DNA of 64,000 bases, taken from contig JAUXMZ010000075.1 of assembly GCA_030683105.1 (NCBI GenBank), positions 17,545-81,544 of the forward strand. The letters run 5' to 3'. A program made the translations under genes and the position numbers. Within the stretch, counting starts at the first letter, position 1; each line of letters begins with the position of its first letter. Source of the stretch: Burkholderiales bacterium. GTDB lineage: Bacteria > Pseudomonadota > Gammaproteobacteria > Burkholderiales > SG8-41. The notes beneath the pieces were generated by a model, which was not told where the DNA came from, searched no databases, and worked only from the letters and a program-made list of their open reading frames with translations. Of this stretch, positions 57,979 to 64,000 are shown in pieces.

Positions 57979-59433
57979 CTAGACTCCCAGGGACCAGGTC
58001 ACGAGGCGCAGCCACTCGATCGCGCGATGCGTTGCGATCCAAAGCACGGAGCGCTCGCCGGTGGCGACTTTGGCAACGCCGCGCATCCCGGGTCGCAACA
58101 TGTTGCCCGGCGTATCAAACACCCCCTCCACCTCGAAGTAATTTCGTCCCTCACCCGCCACCGCCATGGGCAGAATGCGGCTCACGCGAAACCCGTGCGT
58201 CTCGCCAGGCGTCGCGGCTATCGCGAGGCGACCGGGGAGTCCGGTCCGCAGTTGACCAACATCGCGCTCGTCGACTTCGACTATCACGCGGAAGCGCTCA
58301 TCCGGCGCCAGCGTCATGAGGACTTCGCCGCGCTGCACTGGCGCACCGAGCGACTGCGAAAGATCGCCCTTGATCACCACGCCGTCGAACGGTGCCCGGA
58401 TCTGCGCACGCTGGATGTGGTTATTGACCAGCGTCAGCTGCGCCTGCGCCTCTGCCGCCTTCGCATGATGGATCACAAGCTGCGTTCTGTCTGACCGTGC
58501 AAGTGCCGCCCCGTAAAGGTTCTCTTCCTGCGTCAGCTCGCTTTGGCGTTTGGCGCGTTCAGTCTGCAGGTCACGCTGGGATAACTCCGCGATGATCTCG
58601 TCTGCGTGCACCTTGTCGCCGGGACGCACATTGACCTGTTCGAGGAAACCGTCGATCGGCGCCGCCACGATGCGCTGAATGAAGCCTTCAAGGCGTGCCG
58701 GCGCGCTGACGTGATAGGACACGGGGACAAACATTGCGGCCGCAACAGCAACGACGGCCAAGCTCGCCAGTCGCGTACCTGCACGGGCCGATCCGGCGAT
58801 ACGGGTGGCCGACGCACGCCAGTCATCAAGCGCGACCCTCAAAAAGGCGCGCTGGCTCTTTCTTTTCAATTCGAGCAGCGGCGCGAGCAGGCAGGCAACG
58901 TCCTCGCTAAACGCGACATCTGTTCGACTGAACACCTCGCCTGCGCGCTCCAGCGTAATGGCACCGACGGCGCGTCCGGCATCGACCAGGGGAACGGTAC
59001 ACACGCCGCCGCCGAGCAAGGCATGCACCTCGCTATGGGCAAGGGTCACCGACAAACTGGAAGCGTCCTCGGGCGGCAATACAATAGTGGTCGCCTGCTC
59101 TATCGACTCGTCCATGGCGGCGCCGATTTTCTCGAACAGAGCATGGCGGCGGTCGAATTCAGCACCATGCGAGGTCGCAATGACACGAATGGCACCGCGC
59201 TCGAGCCAGCCTACCGTGACCCGGTCGCAACGCTGCGCTTTCGCCAGTTCATTGGCGAGCGAAGCGGCGGATTGCGCCAACCCCTCCTGGGACAGCACAG
59301 CCGCCTGCACCTCGAGAATGACTCCCGCCGCCGTTATCGAACCGGCAGCCCGTTTTTTATTCGGCTCCATGGGAAGTTCGTTACGCATATTCCATGCCAG
59401 TTTTGGGGGCGATGGTTTTTCAAAGCTCGACAA
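57979..59433 (-). CDS. GAF domain - membrane fusion protein (HlyD family)
   Basis: GAF (CDRVTVG...VCTVPLVDAGRAVGAITLER), TM helix, VAAPIDGFLEQVNVRPGD, IRAPFDGVV. Start may be 59388 or 59370. Confidence 0.87.
   Translation of the reverse strand: MSSFEKPSPPKLAWNMRNELPMEPNKKRAAGSITAAGVILEVQAAVLSQEGLAQSAASLANELAKAQRCDRVTVGWLERGAIRVIATSHGAEFDRRHALFEKIGAAMDESIEQATTIVLPPEDASSLSVTLAHSEVHALLGGGVCTVPLVDAGRAVGAITLERAGEVFSRTDVAFSEDVACLLAPLLELKRKSQRAFLRVALDDWRASATRIAGSARAGTRLASLAVVAVAAAMFVPVSYHVSAPARLEGFIQRIVAAPIDGFLEQVNVRPGDKVHADEIIAELSQRDLQTERAKRQSELTQEENLYGAALARSDRTQLVIHHAKAAEAQAQLTLVNNHIQRAQIRAPFDGVVIKGDLSQSLGAPVQRGEVLMTLAPDERFRVIVEVDERDVGQLRTGLPGRLAIAATPGETHGFRVSRILPMAVAGEGRNYFEVEGVFDTPGNMLRPGMRGVAKVATGERSVLWIATHRAIEWLRLVTWSLGV
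59385..59399 (-). promoter_or_regulatory. Possible sigma54 -24/-12 element
   Basis: Minus strand TGGCATG-GAAT-ATGC with correct GG-N10-GC spacing; overlaps the uncertain N-terminus of the first operon gene. Confidence 0.25.
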
Positions 59434-60419
59434 CAGGCCCTTGTTTTTGATTGCCTATCCAAGTTGCCATGCGTATCCGTCATTGTGCATTCGGCCTGGA
59501 CTCCGCATTTACCCACTTGGCGTCATCGCGCACTATGAGAACTCGTTTCGCGCCGGCATCCCAAACTTATTCTTTCCTCTGTACCGGCCCGAATATCATG
59601 CACAGTTTTGAGAATTTTATCCATACTTTCAACCATTTAGTCCTTGTATATCAGGGTTTGCCCGGGGCTATGAAAAATTCTTTAATTAAAACAATTGGTT
59701 ATCTGTCAGCAGTCCAAGGTCCCCAAGGTCGAGCTCAGCCCCGCTTGCTGAGCCGGCGAGCCAAATCGGTAGTAGCAACTCGCTGACGGCTCGCCTATGC
59801 CCGGCGTTTCGGCGACCAAGCGGCCCAGGGCCGCGGCCGGATTTCCAGCGCCGCAGACGAAGCTATGTACGACGGGCGACAGTGATGTGAGGCAGCGCGT
59901 TGTTGGCGTTTGGTCCAGAGGCGTCGTGCAGGGATGGGTTGTCCCTGATGGATCTTGCCGCGTAAATGAGGCGAAATGGCCGGGGACGACAACACGCCGC
60001 GCATTACATTCGGGCTCAGAGACAGTTCCAAGGGCCAGTGAAGACCGAACTCCATTTCACGGTTTGTTGCTGCGCGCGATGTTATGTCGGAGCTAAATTG
60101 AACCGTCGGCCATTATCCATGTGTGTCGACGAATATAGTAATTTACCCACGGGTGCGCTTTGATGGTTGCTCAGGGACGTAATTACCTGATCTTCATCGT
60201 TGCGCCCGGCCTGCGCTCGCCCAATGAAACAAAGCACCACGAAATCTGGCCATGGAAAAAAGTGCACACAAGAAAGTGATCAGCAAGGCCTTCAGTGTTT
60301 GACCGGTACCCGACGTAGTGATAACTTCATGATTAATAAAAGAGCGATTGAATTTCCCATTCACCAGACAATCTCGCGCCCGCGCGGCAGCGGCGCGTTG
60401 CACCGGAGACATAAACCCC

Positions 60420-60929
60420 ATGGCAACCAGAATCGATTTCTCCAAACTCACGCTGATGGACGCTCTGGATCTCGCCGGTCTGATCGAGATCGAGGCGTTC
60501 CAGCGCTATGAGCTCTTCTCCGAGCAGATCGGACACCGCAATCCCGGCGACGCCGCATCGATGTTCCGATCGATGGCAGTCAATGAGAGAAAGCACGCCG
60601 AACAGCTCGCCGAGCGCCGGCTGGCACTGTTTGGTGATGCGCCCCCAAAAGTGACCCTCGACGACATCTTCGATGTGGAGGCCCCTGATGTCGGCGCGCC
60701 CAGCTGGAACATATCCGCGCTCAAAGCGCTCGAGATAGCGTTGGCCTCCGAAAAGAAAGCCTACGCGTTCTACGACGAGGCGCTTCCCGGCGTGAAACAA
60801 CTGGACGTCAAGTCGCTGTTCCTGGAGCTGCGCGACGAAGAGTCCGAGCACATTCAGATGATCGAGGAGATCATCGCGAAGCTGCCGCCGGAAGCTGCGC
60901 TCGACGTTGCAGACGCGGACGCGGACTAG
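60420..60929 (+). CDS. Ferritin-like/rubrerythrin family protein
   Basis: Di-iron motifs IEIEA...NERKH and ASEKKA..FY...DEESEH. Confidence 0.88.
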   Translation: MATRIDFSKLTLMDALDLAGLIEIEAFQRYELFSEQIGHRNPGDAASMFRSMAVNERKHAEQLAERRLALFGDAPPKVTLDDIFDVEAPDVGAPSWNISALKALEIALASEKKAYAFYDEALPGVKQLDVKSLFLELRDEESEHIQMIEEIIAKLPPEAALDVADADAD

Positions 60930-61134
60930 CGCCTGGCGTCTCGCGCCTGGTCCAGCGGCGCTATCGTGAGCGGCACCCGGGGGGGTTTGATCCAGAAATA
61001 GGTTGATGGGAATGGTGGCCGGAGCGACAACACGCCGCGCAATATATCCGGGAGTTTCGGCCGCGCCTTCAGGCGGTCTGGAATATAAACGTCTATCAAG
61101 CAATCAAAGACTTAACCAGTAGGCCCCCGCCACT

Positions 61135-64000
61135 GTGAGCGACGACACCCCCAAAACCAGCCGACTGCGCGCCATTGCCACATCCAAACTGGCGATTGCC
61201 GGCGCGACCCTGCTGCTCGTTTATACGATTAGCGGATTCCTGCTTGCGCCGTGGCTGATCCGGCAGCAGTTGCCGTCACTGATCGATAAGCATCTGGGCG
61301 CGCAAGGATCGGTGTCCGCAGTACGCATCAATCCCTTCCTGCTGACCTTCGAAGCTACCGACCTGACGATTACCGAAAAAGACGGTACCCCGGCCTTGCA
61401 GGTGGGCCGCATCTTCGTCGATTTTGAGGCGAGCAGCCTGCTGCGCCGGGCATGGACCTTCCGCCAGATCCAGATCGAGCGCCCGGTCATCCATGCCGAA
61501 CTCGATGCCAAAGAAAGTTTAAATCTGGCGCGATTGATGAAGTCTGCATCAACGGACACGATGCCTTCTGCCCGGCAGGCGGCGGAATCCACGCAACCGC
61601 CGCGAGTGCTGTTGCAGCATTTCGCGATCTCCGGCGGCACGTTCAGTTTTACTGACCGCACCCTTGAACCTGCAGCCAAGGCGCAGTGGGCCCCGGTAAA
61701 TGTCGAAATGCACGATGTGTCGACCTTGCCCGACCATCGCGGCGAGCATGCACTCACGGCCCGACTGGCTGGCGGCGGCAGCCTACAATGGCAGGGCAAG
61801 TTCACGCTGGCGCCGATGGACTCCAGCGGGTCGATCACGCTGAAAGACGCCAAATTGGCGACACCCTGGCAGTTCGTGCGCGATCATCTGACGATCGCCG
61901 AGCCCGCCGGTTCGTATGAACTCGGGTTGCGCTACCGGCTGCGCTACGGCAACGGCGCGCTGGATCTGCAGGCAGACGACCTCGAATTCCGGGCAAAGGA
62001 TGTTGCGATCGCACAGCAGCAGGGCGGCGCAACGTTGCTCAAGCTCGCGACGATAGCTTTCGAGGGCGGCAGCTTCGATTTACGGCAGCGCAGCCTCGCC
62101 TTCAAGGAGGTGCGCATTGCCGACGGCGCGCTCGGTGTCGTCCTCGATCAGGTAGGCAAGCCGGACTGGTCCAAACTGGTCCTCGCGCCTGCCGACGCCC
62201 AGCCTGCTGCGGCAGAGGCTCCGCCCGCTGCGAATAATGTGGCAGCTAAAGCGTCCTGGCAGATAGCACTGCCCAAAGTCAGCATAGGCCCATTGGCGCT
62301 CGCGGTGACGGACCACAGCCGGGTTAAACCGCTGCATGTGACGATCGCCAGCGCACAAGCCGGTTTCGGCGTCGCCGCCGCGGTAGGCAAGGAAATCCAG
62401 GTCACCATCGACAACGGCGCGCTGAAAATTGACGATGTCCACATCCGCTCCGGCGATGCCAAAGAGCCGCTGATCACGCTGGCCGCTGCCGAACTTGCGG
62501 GCGGCGCATTCGACCTCCAGCAGAAAACCGCACGCGCGCGGCTGCTGCGGCTGTCGGGCGGCAACACGCCGGTCGTGCGCGAAGCCGATGGCAGCCTCAA
62601 CCTGGCCGGCGCGTTTGCCGCTCGCCGCGACGAACCGCCGCAGGATTCCGGCTTCGACATTACGCTGGATCGCGCGGAAATCATCGGTTACGCGGTGACG
62701 TTAACGGATCGAACCTTTCAGCCGGCCGTGACCTACGATCTGGAGAATGCGCGCGTCGCGGCATCGAACATCGCGGTGCCGTTCAAAAAGGCCAGCCCGG
62801 TCGAACTCTCGTTGCGGATCAAGCAGGGCGGTGCGCTGCAGGCCAAAGGCGCCGTCGATCTGCTGCGTCAGACCGCCGATGTGCGCTTCGAGGCAACCGA
62901 TGTTGCACTGACGCCGGTCGAGAGCGTGCTCAAACGCCACACCACGCTGACGCTGGCATCGGGCAAGGCTGGCGCCAGCGGCCGCGTCATCTGGACCGGC
63001 AAAAGCAAGCCGGCGGCGATCCGCTATGCCGGCTCGGCGGCAATCACCGATGTTGATCTGAAAACCGAAGGCTCCGGTGAACGGCTGTTCAGCTGGCAGC
63101 GCCTCGTCGCATCGAACATCGATTTCGACAGCGCAGACAACCGGCTGGCCATTGCGCAGCTGAGCCTCGCCCAGCCTTACGCCAGACTGATTGTCACTAA
63201 AGACCGCTCCACCAACCTGGCAGGCATCATGCGCCCCAGCGCAAAGCCCGCCACACCTGCACCTGATGCTGGCGCACCGATGGCGATCACCCTGGACCGC
63301 GTCAGCGTCCAGCGCGGCACCATGGATTTCTCCGACCTCAGCCTGGTGCTGCCCTTCACAACCCACATCAAGGCGCTGGGCGGCTCGGCCAGCGGCCTGT
63401 CCTCGGCCCCCGACTCGCGCGCCAGCCTGAAATTCGAAGGTCGTGTCGAAGATTACGGGCTGGCGCGCGCCGAAGGCACGATCCAGCCCTTTGCGCCCAA
63501 AAAATTCACCGACATCACGGCCACCTTCCGCAATATTGCAGTGACGCCGCTTAGCCCCTATACCGCGACCTTCGCCGGCCGCAAGATCGCCTCGGGCAAG
63601 CTGTCGCTGGACCTGCAGTACAAACTCAACAACAGCCAGTTGGCCGGCGAAAACAAGGTGGTGCTGGAGCAGTTCACGCTGGGCGAGCGCGTGGACAGCC
63701 CCTCCGCGGTCGATCTGCCACTGGATCTTGCGATTGCGCTGCTGACCGACAGCGACGGCAAGATCGAGTTGGCCGTGCCGGTCTCCGGCAACGTCGACCA
63801 CCCGGAGTTCGGTTACGAACACCTGATCGGGCAGGCGATCAGCACGATGATCACGCGCATTGTCACCGCGCCGTTCCGCGCGCTTGGAGCGCTGTTCGGC
63901 GGCAGCGCCGAAACGCTGGGTGACATCGTGTTCGATCCGGGCAGTGCGCGCATCCTGCCGACCGAGTACGAGAAACTGCGGCGCGTCGCGGAAGGGCTGC
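61135..64000 (+). CDS. DUF748-domain (AsmA-like) protein, 3' partial
   Basis: Absent from the track because it has no stop in the window. GTG 61135; N-terminal TM YTISGFLLAPWL, VRINPFLL, PYTATFAGRKIASGKLSLDLQY and DLPLDLAIALLTDSDGKIEL motifs; the last line is in the same frame. Confidence 0.85.
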   Translation, partial: MSDDTPKTSRLRAIATSKLAIAGATLLLVYTISGFLLAPWLIRQQLPSLIDKHLGAQGSVSAVRINPFLLTFEATDLTITEKDGTPALQVGRIFVDFEASSLLRRAWTFRQIQIERPVIHAELDAKESLNLARLMKSASTDTMPSARQAAESTQPPRVLLQHFAISGGTFSFTDRTLEPAAKAQWAPVNVEMHDVSTLPDHRGEHALTARLAGGGSLQWQGKFTLAPMDSSGSITLKDAKLATPWQFVRDHLTIAEPAGSYELGLRYRLRYGNGALDLQADDLEFRAKDVAIAQQQGGATLLKLATIAFEGGSFDLRQRSLAFKEVRIADGALGVVLDQVGKPDWSKLVLAPADAQPAAAEAPPAANNVAAKASWQIALPKVSIGPLALAVTDHSRVKPLHVTIASAQAGFGVAAAVGKEIQVTIDNGALKIDDVHIRSGDAKEPLITLAAAELAGGAFDLQQKTARARLLRLSGGNTPVVREADGSLNLAGAFAARRDEPPQDSGFDITLDRAEIIGYAVTLTDRTFQPAVTYDLENARVAASNIAVPFKKASPVELSLRIKQGGALQAKGAVDLLRQTADVRFEATDVALTPVESVLKRHTTLTLASGKAGASGRVIWTGKSKPAAIRYAGSAAITDVDLKTEGSGERLFSWQRLVASNIDFDSADNRLAIAQLSLAQPYARLIVTKDRSTNLAGIMRPSAKPATPAPDAGAPMAITLDRVSVQRGTMDFSDLSLVLPFTTHIKALGGSASGLSSAPDSRASLKFEGRVEDYGLARAEGTIQPFAPKKFTDITATFRNIAVTPLSPYTATFAGRKIASGKLSLDLQYKLNNSQLAGENKVVLEQFTLGERVDSPSAVDLPLDLAIALLTDSDGKIELAVPVSGNVDHPEFGYEHLIGQAISTMITRIVTAPFRALGALFGGSAETLGDIVFDPGSARILPTEYEKLRRVAEGL

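Noticed and set aside
55837-59433. RiPP/bacteriocin biosynthetic cluster
   Set aside because: Despite the RRE-like and HlyD domains, no short precursor, modifying enzyme or C39-ABC transporter was found in the window.
59790-59885. AADEAMY peptide resembling a GGDEF C-terminus
   Set aside because: Only about 7 residues match, flanking order is wrong and no other GGDEF motif is nearby; probably chance.

Overview
GC-rich, Betaproteobacteria-like chromosomal window. The lineage is inferred from the hemA-prfA-prmC...grxD block, prpB and four Bug/TctC solute-binding genes; the genus cannot be assigned. All family calls come from reading motifs by eye; no database search was run. Layout: (i) 1-10.1 kb, sulfonate/organic-acid catabolic neighbourhood (Ldh2-family dehydrogenase, Gfo/Idh/MocA oxidoreductase, Bug, LacI, xsc, TauE), interrupted by a cluster of intact and decayed toxin-antitoxin genes; (ii) 10.1-18.3 kb, grxD, an RND pump, prmC-prfA-hemA; (iii) 18.4-32.4 kb, prpB/IclR and two Bug + CoA-transferase modules with a CitE-like lyase and an HTD2/MaoC-like hydratase, split by a second TA islet (ccdAB, Phd + zeta-like ATPase, relic gene); (iv) 32.4-44.3 kb, a multi-GAF GGDEF-EAL protein, a DUF2868/DUF3482 GTPase pair, a probable UGA-recoded 584-aa selenoprotein (C-U-G-S-C with a downstream hairpin), Bug, SDR and a Tat-exported NADP oxidoreductase; (v) 44.3-59.4 kb, the most striking feature, a 15-kb, almost fully translationally coupled operon: GAF-MFP, PqqD/RRE-M50 peptidase-MFP, C-terminally truncated SecA-like ATPase, MFP, 1706-aa LEPR-XLL/DUF4347 repeat surface protein, hybrid histidine kinase and REC-nucleotidyl cyclase. 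This looks like a non-canonical secretion/surface-display system with its own signalling; (vi) a ferritin-like gene and a partial DUF748 gene. Several families of short intergenic repeats occur. No rRNA, tRNA, CRISPR array or transposase was recognised.
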